DNA of 55,396 nucleotides from Victivallaceae bacterium (GTDB lineage: Bacteria; Verrucomicrobiota; Lentisphaeria; Victivallales; Victivallaceae): the NCBI GenBank assembly GCA_045657185.1, contig JAZOSO010000129.1:1-55396 (forward strand), read 5' to 3'. The notes under the pieces were generated by a model that was not told the DNA's origin, did not search any database, and saw only the letters and a program-made list of their open reading frames with translations. Made by a program: the position numbers and the translations under genes. Within the stretch, counting starts at the first letter, position 1; every line of letters starts with the position of its first letter. Below, piece by piece: positions 9,292-17,849 of the stretch.

Positions 9292-9449
9292 TTTTATATA
9301 CCTTTGTAAACAGAGCTTTTTAAAATAACGGTATGAACCGCTTTTTAATATAATCTCTGTTTACTGAATTACAAATACCGGAATAAACTTCGTCAGGAGT
9401 TTTGTATTGCAAATGCTTCGGCAAGTCGTCCGGCTTTCGAGGCTATTCA

Positions 9450-12170
9450 TCACGGTTTGGCAACGAGAATAACTCTATCAGCAAAAACTTCATTATTTTC
9501 TGTAATTTTTACAGAAACAATTATCTGCCATTTTTTCTTGAGAGCGTCTGCACCTTTGGCGGCAACAGCTTTGCCTATCGGAAAAACAACATTCCAGCGA
9601 CCGCCGAAAAGAATGGAATCTGCATGCAGAACTCCGGGACGGGGCAGAGTATAAAGTTTGAACTCATTTTTCTTTGCAATTTTATAATTGATACCGAGAC
9701 TTGAACTGCCGTAATTTTTGGCTTTCTGATTGTACACACCGAAACCGTAAGCGGCTTTTTTGGTATCAATTTTTTCATACAGAGCTTTACCGCAGCTGCC
9801 GTCAGAGCAGTTCATAAGATTTTTTGCATTTTCGGGAGCTTCAATTATTATGACATCAGAGGCGGGAAGTTTTGCCAGATTTTCGGGAAGTGCTTTGGGC
9901 GGAATTTTAACTTTCTGCTGAAGAACGACACGGTCGCAAAGGACACGGTCTTTTTCAAATTTCAATGAAACATGAACGAGATATTCCTTGTCTGCCCCTG
10001 CGGCATCATCATGGAAAGCCTTGCTGCCGATACGGAAATTCAAGTTCCATGAACCGCCGAAAAGAATGGTCGGAGTGGTAAGTTTGACCGTACGCGGGAA
10101 AGTGTAAAAGTGATAGCCCTCCCCTTTAATCATAGACGGAGTAATGCCGATACCTGCACCGTATTTTTTGGTTGCGCTGTCATAAGTACCGAGAGTAAAC
10201 GGTTTTTTGCGGTTCCATTTTTCAGCGAAAGCTCTGCCGAGATTAGCGTCGGGGTCTTTGACAATAGTTGAACCGCTTGACGGTGCGAAATAGTCAAGGA
10301 TGTATTCGGGAGCGATGTTGGCAAGTTCAGCCGGAAGTTTTTTAGCTGAAGATGCGGCATAAATCTCTTTTTTCCAATTATTGAAATTTTTGAGAGTGGA
10401 ACGGACTTTGCGTTTGGCAATAAGTTCCTTGAAAATTGTCTCCATTTTTTCCAGACGGGCTTTGTGGTCAGTGTTGACCAATGCAACATAAGTGCTGTCA
10501 AAACCGAGACGGAGTGCGCGGACACGGAAGGCAAAATCACCGTCAACCGCTTTTTCCGCCTTATTGAGCAATTCATCAATCTTATTGAGAATATTTTTGG
10601 TCAGGAAAGGATAGTCAGCAGTATTGTAATACCAGATACCTCCTTTCTTGGTGAAAGCACGCATCTCTTTGGCAAGGATGTCGTGATATTCCTGAACAAA
10701 AGGAGCGGCTGCGCCGTAATAGGCATTTATGAATTTGCGGGTGAGTTTGTCAGTATCGCAGTCGGGATTCTGCATCAGTTTGAACATGATGTAGGTCTGA
10801 AGTTCAGAGAAGTTGGTACCGTTGGGGATACCGCCTGAGTCATGTTCGGTATAAAATCCTGCAATCCCCAAATCTCGCATAAGTTTGTAATCCGCAGCCA
10901 GACGGTCGGTCATAAAGGTCGGCGGCAATTCAAAATATTTGTCACGCTGACGGTTGTACGGATTGGGATAATACCAGAAAAGGATATCGGAAGTATATTT
11001 GCGCCATCCCTTGATTGCATTGTACTCAATGGTATTTTCCTTTGAAGTCAGAGGATTGGCGAAGTCGCCGTTGATGGGAGCGAAAATCAGAGCAAGATTT
11101 TTCGGCCATTTGACCGCTTTTTTAGGCGGAATCAATGACTGCCCGCGCTGATAAGCCATGGCACGGAACGGGATTTGCGGATTTCTTTCGGCGATTTCAC
11201 AAATGGCAAGCAGCATGGCAACACCGCGTGCGCCGTATTCATTATCGAGAGCAAGACAGGGTTTGCAGCAGCAGATACGGTTGTAAATGTCATTGGCACT
11301 GAGTTCAATAACACCGTTCAGACCGCTTTTGCCCTTGAGGAAATTGAAGTAAGTCTGAATATTTTTTTCCAATTCTTTTTTAAGTTCGGCATTAGTGAAG
11401 CAGAGCTGACGGTCGGGAACGCGTTTACCGTTCTCATCCATTGAGAACCATTCAGGATTAGTGACGAAATATTTCTTATCCTTAACGAAATCAAGAGCGG
11501 CATTCTGGATATAAGAATTTCTGTTTTTTACACCGGGAGGAATCAGGCGTGAAAACGAGTGAGCCTGCAAAAAGTCATATTCCAAAGCGGAAATGCCTTT
11601 TTCTCTGCCGGGGTGGCGCGGATGGTCGCCGCCGTTCAAAAGAATATTGCAGCGGTTGCGGTACATATAAAGTGATGAAACAGTATTATCAGCATAGAAA
11701 AAATTCATCATGCCGCGTTTGGGAAAAGCGTAACGGACGGAGGTTTTGCCCTTTTTGACCGCAAGGTCTGTTGCTGCGGGGATATGGCAATCGCCGTAAG
11801 CATTCAGAAACATGATGCCGAAATGATTTTCAAGCAATTCATAAACGGCAAAAAGATTGCCGTGCATACCGCCGCCGTAGAGACGGATATTGCCATCTTC
11901 GGCGTCAATTACATTTTCGTCCTGATGGATATTGGCGGCAGGACCGATAACGATTTTTTTACCGCTTGCGGTTTCAGCCACGGGAAGTTTGACTTTGGTC
12001 ATTTTTTCAATGAAAGTCTGCAATTCACGGGCGGCGAATTTATCAATTTCAGAAGCATTTTTATCAACAACGATAGTATAATCGCTTTTGCCGTTATTGA
12101 CGATTGAAATATCTTTTGCACAAAGGGCAAAAGCCGAACATATAATAAAAAGAATTGTAAAAAATCTCAT
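9450..12170 (-). CDS. secreted DUF4838-family glycoside-hydrolase-like protein with a duplicated C-terminal domain
   Basis: 906 aa with a Sec leader (MRFFTILFIICSAFALCA). The N-terminus IVNNGKSDYTIVVDKNASEIDKFAARELQTFIEKMTKVKLPV is the typical DUF4838 start. Two about 120-aa C-terminal repeats are described in the findings. Confidence 0.8.
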   Translation of the reverse strand: MRFFTILFIICSAFALCAKDISIVNNGKSDYTIVVDKNASEIDKFAARELQTFIEKMTKVKLPVAETASGKKIVIGPAANIHQDENVIDAEDGNIRLYGGGMHGNLFAVYELLENHFGIMFLNAYGDCHIPAATDLAVKKGKTSVRYAFPKRGMMNFFYADNTVSSLYMYRNRCNILLNGGDHPRHPGREKGISALEYDFLQAHSFSRLIPPGVKNRNSYIQNAALDFVKDKKYFVTNPEWFSMDENGKRVPDRQLCFTNAELKKELEKNIQTYFNFLKGKSGLNGVIELSANDIYNRICCCKPCLALDNEYGARGVAMLLAICEIAERNPQIPFRAMAYQRGQSLIPPKKAVKWPKNLALIFAPINGDFANPLTSKENTIEYNAIKGWRKYTSDILFWYYPNPYNRQRDKYFELPPTFMTDRLAADYKLMRDLGIAGFYTEHDSGGIPNGTNFSELQTYIMFKLMQNPDCDTDKLTRKFINAYYGAAAPFVQEYHDILAKEMRAFTKKGGIWYYNTADYPFLTKNILNKIDELLNKAEKAVDGDFAFRVRALRLGFDSTYVALVNTDHKARLEKMETIFKELIAKRKVRSTLKNFNNWKKEIYAASSAKKLPAELANIAPEYILDYFAPSSGSTIVKDPDANLGRAFAEKWNRKKPFTLGTYDSATKKYGAGIGITPSMIKGEGYHFYTFPRTVKLTTPTILFGGSWNLNFRIGSKAFHDDAAGADKEYLVHVSLKFEKDRVLCDRVVLQQKVKIPPKALPENLAKLPASDVIIIEAPENAKNLMNCSDGSCGKALYEKIDTKKAAYGFGVYNQKAKNYGSSSLGINYKIAKKNEFKLYTLPRPGVLHADSILFGGRWNVVFPIGKAVAAKGADALKKKWQIIVSVKITENNEVFADRVILVAKP

Positions 12171-12186
12171 ATTACTACCTTATTTA

Positions 12187-12930
12187 TCAGAAGTGAATAG
12201 TTGAAGACGTACCTGAACATGCATTAAAATCTTTATCATAAACGGTAATATTGAATCCCGTTGTTTCTGCAGCATAAGTTGAATGTTTATATTCTTTCTG
12301 CACACTGATATAGAAATCTCTCGGATGACGGAATGATGCAACATGACCGTCAAGCATAACCTGATTCATAACATTTTCATGTATAAACATTACACGCGAT
12401 ACAGACTCAACGCTTTTGTGGATATAGAAATTTGAAGTCTGTGTTTTTGAATCATTTCTGCCGCTGTCAGTCCAGACAAACATATGTGAAGGTTCACGAA
12501 CAGCTTTTGCATTCATATACTGATGCTGCGGATTGGTACCTTTGACACCTACATGACGCGGCAATGCACTCCAGTGGCGTCCGCCGTAAGTCTGATAGCA
12601 GTTGATACTTGCGGGGTCGTCAGGGTCCACGGGTGCATACTTGAAAGGTGCAAGTGCAGGACAGATTGTAACATGCGGATTTTTACCCAAATATCCGTTG
12701 CTGATATACCAGCCAGCCCATTGCCAGTTGTTATCGTTTGTAAGAACCCAGCCTTCAAAATCACCTTCATAAATTGCCGTCATCATCCCGAGATTTTTCA
12801 AATTACCGACGCATTTTGCGGATCTGGCTTTTGCTCGTGCTTTGTTCAAGGCGGGCAGCAGCATACCTGCAAGAATGGCGATGATTGCGATGACAACGAG
12901 AAGTTCGATAAGTGTGAATTTCTTTTTCAT
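12187..12930 (-). CDS. prepilin-type N-terminal domain protein of the H-X9-DG family (pseudopilin-like)
   Basis: 247 aa. The N-terminus is [35 protein letters not shown]. The C-terminus carries [12 protein letters not shown], which is H-x9-DG. An AAAGGA RBS is present. Confidence 0.9.
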   Translation of the reverse strand: MKKKFTLIELLVVIAIIAILAGMLLPALNKARAKARSAKCVGNLKNLGMMTAIYEGDFEGWVLTNDNNWQWAGWYISNGYLGKNPHVTICPALAPFKYAPVDPDDPASINCYQTYGGRHWSALPRHVGVKGTNPQHQYMNAKAVREPSHMFVWTDSGRNDSKTQTSNFYIHKSVESVSRVMFIHENVMNQVMLDGHVASFRHPRDFYISVQKEYKHSTYAAETTGFNITVYDKDFNACSGTSSTIHF

Positions 12931-12954
12931 GATTTTATCCTTTCTGTTAAGGTT

Positions 12955-14610
12955 TTACAATTCATATTCTTTCAAGACCTGAGTAATTCTGCGCCATGCT
13001 TCTTTGGGGACACGATGGCTGTCAAGTGCGCCCTTGAAGTTGAAATTTCCGGCTTTGGTTTGAGCTGCACTGCCCGCAAATGTGCGTGCGTCGCAGAACT
13101 GCCAGATAAATGTGCCGCTGAAACGCTCATCTTCAATCACTCTGCGGACAAGTGCTTCATGCAGTTCTGCCTGATAATCTTCGCTCCAACGCTGACCGCC
13201 GCGAAGTCCCGGAATTGCTTCCGCTCCGACTTCACTTATAATAACAGGCTTATTTATATACTGTTCCTGTGAGGCAAATTCAACCAGACCGTCCATGACC
13301 CGTTTAAATTCGGTATGATTCATAAATTCATCTTCATTACCGCTGTACCAGCAGGGATAAGTATTGAATGAAATAACATCAGCGTATTCCAGACATACAT
13401 CTTTCTGTGCTTTGTCAGTGGCAAAAGTAACAGGAGTTGCAGGGTCAACTTCATGCAGAATATCCGCCAATGCTTTAACCAGCGGTTTGGCAGTTTCCAG
13501 ATGAGTTCCGGCTTCATTCAGAAATCCGCGCAAAATTATGCAAGGGTGATTGATTGATGCAAGAGCGGCTTTGCGGGTTTCGCGTTTTTGTTTCTCCTGA
13601 AAATCGGGGTCGGTCAGAGAAAATTCTCTATTGCCCCAGCCGAGAGATTCCTCCCAAATCATCACACCGGTACGGTCGCAAAGGTCAAGGAATTCTTCAC
13701 TCTGCGGATAATGCGAACCGCGGAAGCAGTTTCCGCCGAGCTGTTTCAAAAGCTGCAAATCCTGAACCATAACCGCTGTCGGCACTGCGTAGCCGAAATC
13801 AGGATGTGCATCATGACGGTTGTAACCGATAAGAGTAAGTTTTTTTCCGTTCAAATAAAGTTTACCGTTCTTTGCTTCAACTTTGCGGATACCGAAATTG
13901 CGTTCAAAAACGACCTCCCCGACTTTAATTGACGCATGATGAAGTGCAGGATTTTCGGGTGACCAGAGCTGAAATGCGGGAACTTTGAATTTTGCACTTC
14001 CCTGCCCTGCTGATAACGGCAATTTATTGACAATCAGAGAGTTATCAAAAACGATTTCAGCTTCACTGATATTTTTGATATCACCGTCAAAAATGCAGGA
14101 TATTTCAACTTCGCCGTTATCAATATTTGAAGTGATAATCTTTATTTCACGAGCGAAAACAGTTTCAGCACGTCTGATTACTACCGGACGGTAAATGCCG
14201 CCGTGTGCATAAAAGTCATAATCTCTGCGCCAGAGAGATGAATTACTGTCGTCAAATTGATTGTTTACTGCAAATATAAGTTCATGTTTTCCCTCAACTC
14301 CCGCATTGAAGCGGAAAGTATTTTTTGAGAAAGGAGCGTCGATTTCAGCAACTTTCTTTTTGTCCCAGTAAATATCCGCCCGCAACCCCAAACCTTCGGA
14401 ATAAAGCTCAATTTCACCGCCGACTTCAACAAAAGTCCGGTAACATCCCGTACCGCGCTGCAAAAAATATGTATGACCTGTATCAAAACACCCCGGCACT
14501 GCGGCAATATCATCAAAAATGATTTCCGCAACATCAATTTCAGCAAGCGATTTCCTGCAGAAATTAAAATCCCACATCGACGCCAGCGGGATTTGATTTG
14601 CTTTTTTCAT
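12955..14610 (-). CDS. glycoside hydrolase family 2 (beta-glucuronidase-like)
   Basis: GH2 TIM-barrel motifs are present: NRHDAHPDFGYA, IWEESLGWG, acid/base region RGFLNEAG and nucleophile region VIISEVGAEA. The track ORF runs to 14631, but the ATG at 14610 is preferred because AAAGGA lies 7 nt upstream. 14631 remains an alternative start. Confidence 0.88.
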   Translation of the reverse strand: MKKANQIPLASMWDFNFCRKSLAEIDVAEIIFDDIAAVPGCFDTGHTYFLQRGTGCYRTFVEVGGEIELYSEGLGLRADIYWDKKKVAEIDAPFSKNTFRFNAGVEGKHELIFAVNNQFDDSNSSLWRRDYDFYAHGGIYRPVVIRRAETVFAREIKIITSNIDNGEVEISCIFDGDIKNISEAEIVFDNSLIVNKLPLSAGQGSAKFKVPAFQLWSPENPALHHASIKVGEVVFERNFGIRKVEAKNGKLYLNGKKLTLIGYNRHDAHPDFGYAVPTAVMVQDLQLLKQLGGNCFRGSHYPQSEEFLDLCDRTGVMIWEESLGWGNREFSLTDPDFQEKQKRETRKAALASINHPCIILRGFLNEAGTHLETAKPLVKALADILHEVDPATPVTFATDKAQKDVCLEYADVISFNTYPCWYSGNEDEFMNHTEFKRVMDGLVEFASQEQYINKPVIISEVGAEAIPGLRGGQRWSEDYQAELHEALVRRVIEDERFSGTFIWQFCDARTFAGSAAQTKAGNFNFKGALDSHRVPKEAWRRITQVLKEYEL

Positions 14611-14649
14611 TTTAAAGTCCTTTATTTGCATTTTTTTAACAAATTTAAC

Positions 14650-14678
14650 TTGACAAAATTATTGTCTTTTGCTATACT
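14650..14678 (+). promoter_or_regulatory. sigma70-type promoter for the AraC gene of locus 1
   Basis: TTGACA (14650-14655), a 17-nt spacer, then TATACT (14673-14678) with an upstream TGC (extended -10). Confidence 0.5.
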
Positions 14679-14704
14679 ATAAGGTATAAACTTGAAATTT
14701 GCAA
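14676..14704 (-). promoter_or_regulatory. sigma70-type promoter for the GH2/pseudopilin operon; its -10 overlaps the opposite-strand -10
   Basis: On the minus strand: TTGCAA (14699-14704), a 17-nt spacer, then TATAGT (14676-14681). Confidence 0.4.
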
Positions 14705-14720
14705 TAGTAAATTTGTAACA
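14695..14720. promoter_or_regulatory. direct repeat AAATTTG(C/T)AA(T/C)A x2, a candidate AraC operator
   Basis: AAATTTGCAATA (14695-14706) and AAATTTGTAACA (14709-14720) lie 14 nt apart. They overlap or abut the -35 of the minus-strand promoter. Confidence 0.3.
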
Positions 14721-14753
14721 AATAACTGCAATAATGTATCAAAAAGAAAAAAT

Positions 14754-15560
14754 ATGAAAAAGAAAACATTTACCGACTTTGAATTTTCATTGCGGATACC
14801 CAACAATATTTCAGCCTACATCCGTTCAGTCGGTCACTTCAATATCAAAGATATCCAAACCAACAGCATGTGGGAAAAAGCATATTTCGGCGAACTTTTC
14901 TGGTGCATTAACGGTAAAGGGGTATTCTATCTGGATGCTAAAAAATATATTGTCCGTCCCGGCGACATCTGGTATTATCCTGTCGGCAGTAAACATTTTT
15001 ATCATCCGCTTGATGACTATTTTCATTACAGATGGTTTACGATTGAAGGCGAGATGGCAGACTCTCTTTTCAAATCAGTAAACATTTCTCCCGGAATGAG
15101 TTACGGCGGCAAATGTCCTGAAGAACTTTTCGCGCGTCTGGAACTTGATATCAAACAAAGCACATTGAAAAAAAGATTGGAACTTCTCTCTGTCGGCTTT
15201 CAAATTCTATGCTGTGCCGCCGCAGGAGTAAAACAAAAACGCCCCGTCAACAATTATTTGTCCGAAGCCCGCTCAATCATGGATAACGATTTTACAAATT
15301 CAGAACTGAATATTCAAACTCTGGCAAAAATCCTTCATGTCAACCGCGTACAACTGAGCAGAGATTTTGCAACCCACTACGGAGTAACTCCGTCGGATTA
15401 CTTGAAAAATCTCCGTATCCAGAAAGCTGTAAAGTTACTGAAAACAAGCAATCTGCAGCTTAATGCCATCGCCTCCGTCTGCGGTTTCAATTCAGGAGCA
15501 TATCTCGGCAAAGTCATCGCCGCCGGCACAGGCAAAAAAAGTACCGAACACCGCAACTGA
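14754..15560 (+). CDS. AraC family transcriptional regulator (cupin sensor + HTH)
   Basis: 268 aa with an N-terminal cupin-like region (VRPGDIWYYPVGSKHFY) and a C-terminal AraC HTH (LAKILHVNRVQLSRDFATHYGVTPSDYLKNLRIQKAVKLL). It is divergent from the GH2 operon. Confidence 0.9.
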   Translation: MKKKTFTDFEFSLRIPNNISAYIRSVGHFNIKDIQTNSMWEKAYFGELFWCINGKGVFYLDAKKYIVRPGDIWYYPVGSKHFYHPLDDYFHYRWFTIEGEMADSLFKSVNISPGMSYGGKCPEELFARLELDIKQSTLKKRLELLSVGFQILCCAAAGVKQKRPVNNYLSEARSIMDNDFTNSELNIQTLAKILHVNRVQLSRDFATHYGVTPSDYLKNLRIQKAVKLLKTSNLQLNAIASVCGFNSGAYLGKVIAAGTGKKSTEHRN

Positions 15561-15565
15561 AAACA

Positions 15566-15613
15566 ATAAAAAAAGGGCTGCGGCCCACCTTTTTAAGGTT
15601 CGGCAACAGCCCT
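15566..15613 (-). terminator. rho-independent terminator of glnA (may act in both directions)
   Basis: An imperfect long hairpin closed by AGGGCTG (15574-15580) / CAGCCCT (15607-15613) contains an inner ACCTT/AAGGT stem. On the minus strand it is followed by a T-run (the A-run around 15568-15574 on plus). Confidence 0.5.
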
Positions 15614-15645
15614 GTAAAAAACTTTTCCCTGAAACGGGAGACAAA

Positions 15646-17142
15646 TTATCCGCAGTGGAAATATTCTTCAACGAGAGCAAGGATTTTTGCCTGGTCGTTG
15701 CCGATATCCTTACGGAGAGTGCGGTCATTGAAAGATTTGAGACCTGCAATGATACCGTCAATCATAGCAGTTGCGAAAACGCCGTCTTTTTCGTAAATTG
15801 CACGCTGTGCTTCAAGACATTCTGCAGAAGCTGCGCAGCTGTCAGGCAGAACGCTCAAACGGTTGAGAACGTCGGCATTTTCAGCTTTGTGAATATTGAC
15901 GTTGACATAAGTTTTTTCTGCAACATCAAGTGAATCAGCCATTTCAAAACCGTGACGGGCGGCAACTGCCAAACCTGCGATAAGCAAATAGACATTGGCG
16001 GAACCGTCGGGTGAACGCATTTCAACAGTCTGTTTCTGAGTTGTATCATATTTAGCAGAAGGTTCACCGGGGTTTGCCTGGCTGCAAAGGTCTTTTTTAG
16101 CGGTCCAGCCGAGGGGTACACGGACGAGGACGGAACGGTTGCGGTCGCCCCAGCAAACGTTGGTCGGAGCTTCCTGATGAGGAACCAGACGGAAATATGA
16201 AGTCGGATTGGTATTGCCGAAAGCTGTAATTGAAGGAGCAAGAGTCATCATACCGGCAATAGCGCGTTTGGCATCATCGGAAAGAACGCCGTCTTTGAGC
16301 ATCTGATTGAAACCGTCTTTGACAACACGGAAGTGAACATGAAGACCGGAACCTGCTTTACCGACAGTGATTTTGGGAGCGAAAGTTACATCCAAACCTT
16401 CCTGATAAGCGAGATTGCGAATAACCCATTTTGCAACAGTGAGCTGTTCTGCGGCTTCTTCGGCATTGACGGGGAGAAATTCAATTTCGTTCTGTTCGTA
16501 AATTTTGCCGTCAAGAGCGAAATTTCCGACTTCAGAATGGCCGTATTTAATTTTGCCGCCGGTGCGTGCGATGTAATTCATGCAAAGCTGACGGAATTCA
16601 CCGAATTTTGCATAAGGTGCAGATTCATGATAACCTTTCTGGTCAACAGCGGGATATGCTTCATCATCGGGAGCGATAACATAATATTCAAGTTCGCCCA
16701 TTGCCTGGAATTCCATACCGGTTGTCTTTTTGAAAGCTTCACATGCTTTGTGCAAAGTGTATTCGGGAGAACTTTCCAGCGGATTGCCGTCTTTGTTGAA
16801 GAAAGAGCAGAGGAAATTCAAAGTAGGCAGTTCACAGAAGGGGTCCATGTAAGCGGTGCGGAATTTGGGGACAACGTACAAGTCACTGTTGTTTGCTTCG
16901 ATGAAGGGGAAAAGGCTTGAACCGTCAACACGTTCACCGCAGGAGAGGATTTCTTCCAGATAATCGCCGTCATTGATGACGAAATTGAGAGTCTTCAATC
17001 TGCCGTCGCCTGCGGGATATTGGAAATTGATATGGCGGATTTCATTGTCCATGATGAATTTGACAATGTCTTTTTTGGTAAAATCTTTGGGGGACTTGCC
17101 GATTTCATCGACAAGACTGCGGAAACTGTAATTTTCTGACAT
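15646..17142 (-). CDS. glnA: glutamine synthetase
   Basis: 498 aa with GS signatures KAGSGLHVHF (GSGxHxH), NRSVLVRVP and ANVYLLIAGLAVAARHG. An AAGGAG RBS is present. Confidence 0.88.
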   Translation of the reverse strand: MSENYSFRSLVDEIGKSPKDFTKKDIVKFIMDNEIRHINFQYPAGDGRLKTLNFVINDGDYLEEILSCGERVDGSSLFPFIEANNSDLYVVPKFRTAYMDPFCELPTLNFLCSFFNKDGNPLESSPEYTLHKACEAFKKTTGMEFQAMGELEYYVIAPDDEAYPAVDQKGYHESAPYAKFGEFRQLCMNYIARTGGKIKYGHSEVGNFALDGKIYEQNEIEFLPVNAEEAAEQLTVAKWVIRNLAYQEGLDVTFAPKITVGKAGSGLHVHFRVVKDGFNQMLKDGVLSDDAKRAIAGMMTLAPSITAFGNTNPTSYFRLVPHQEAPTNVCWGDRNRSVLVRVPLGWTAKKDLCSQANPGEPSAKYDTTQKQTVEMRSPDGSANVYLLIAGLAVAARHGFEMADSLDVAEKTYVNVNIHKAENADVLNRLSVLPDSCAASAECLEAQRAIYEKDGVFATAMIDGIIAGLKSFNDRTLRKDIGNDQAKILALVEEYFHCG

Positions 17143-17179
17143 AATAACTCCTTATGGATTTAAAAAAATGTATGTCTAT

Positions 17180-17208
17180 AATGTACTCTCAAAATGCCGT
17201 TCTGTCAA
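17180..17208 (-). promoter_or_regulatory. sigma70-type promoter for glnA
   Basis: On the minus strand: TTGACA (17203-17208), a 17-nt spacer, then TACATT (17180-17185). A second TTGACA lies 11 nt upstream (17214-17219). Confidence 0.4.
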
Positions 17209-17247
17209 GCAAATGTCAAAAAAAAATAAATAATTAAATCTCCGTTA

Positions 17248-17276
17248 TTGCATTTTATGCAAAAACATTGTATATT
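17248..17276 (+). promoter_or_regulatory. sigma70-type promoter for panD with a palindrome over the -35
   Basis: TTGCAT (17248-17253), a 17-nt spacer, then TATATT (17271-17276). TTGCAT-TTT-ATGCAA (17248-17262) is a perfect inverted repeat. Confidence 0.5.
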
Positions 17277-17306
17277 ATAGAAAGTCTCAAAAATAAGGAT
17301 TCTATT

Positions 17307-17666
17307 ATGCAAAAACAATTATTATCAGGTAAAATCCACACTGCCCGTCTCACTCATTGTGAAATTAACTACGAAGGCAGTCTTGAAATTGACGGAGACT
17401 ACCTCGCCGCCGCCAAAATCCTTCCTTATGAAAAAATTCTCGTCGTCAACCGCAACAACGGTTCACGCCTTGAAACATATGCCATCCCCGGAGAAGCCGG
17501 TTCAAAACGCTTCTGCCTTAACGGTCCCGCCGCCCATCTCGGCAAAGTCGGTGATGTTGTAACTATTATGGCATTTTCAATTTTTGATGAAAAAGAGTGC
17601 GAAACTCACAAGCCGCGCGTCATCGTCCTCAACGAAAACAACGATATAATCGCTCAACGCAACTGA
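17307..17666 (+). CDS. panD: aspartate 1-decarboxylase
   Basis: The ATG at 17307 follows an AAGGA RBS; the track ORF starts earlier, at a TTG. The protein begins MQKQLLSGKIHTARLTHCEINYEGSLEIDGD and contains the self-processing Gly-Ser site. About 119 aa, the size typical of PanD. Confidence 0.92.
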   Translation: MQKQLLSGKIHTARLTHCEINYEGSLEIDGDYLAAAKILPYEKILVVNRNNGSRLETYAIPGEAGSKRFCLNGPAAHLGKVGDVVTIMAFSIFDEKECETHKPRVIVLNENNDIIAQRN

Positions 17667-17671
17667 AAGAA

Positions 17672-17845
17672 ATGAAAGCAGCAGGCAGAAAAAATAAAAA
17701 ATCACCATCCGGGCAAGTTCTCACGGAATATGTTATCATGCTCGTACTTATAGCATTGATAGCACTGTCCTGTCTGGTGCTGTTCAGCGTTTTCTCCGAT
17801 TACGGTATAAATATCCGCAAACAGGTAAGTATTGATATGCCGTAA
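17672..17845 (+). CDS. small Flp/Fap-pilin-like membrane protein (57 aa)
   Basis: The ATG lies 5 nt after the panD stop. The sequence MKAAGRKNKKSPSGQVLTEYVIMLVLIALIAL carries the G-x4-EY Flp motif followed by a hydrophobic helix. A strong terminator starts 5 nt after its stop rather than after panD. Confidence 0.5.
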   Translation: MKAAGRKNKKSPSGQVLTEYVIMLVLIALIALSCLVLFSVFSDYGINIRKQVSIDMP

Positions 17846-17849
17846 AAAA

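Noticed and set aside
12523-13272. A 249-aa plus-strand ORF spanning the pseudopilin/GH2 junction.
   Set aside because: It is antisense to two strongly supported genes, has no recognisable motifs and is Cys/Phe-rich. I treat it as a shadow ORF.
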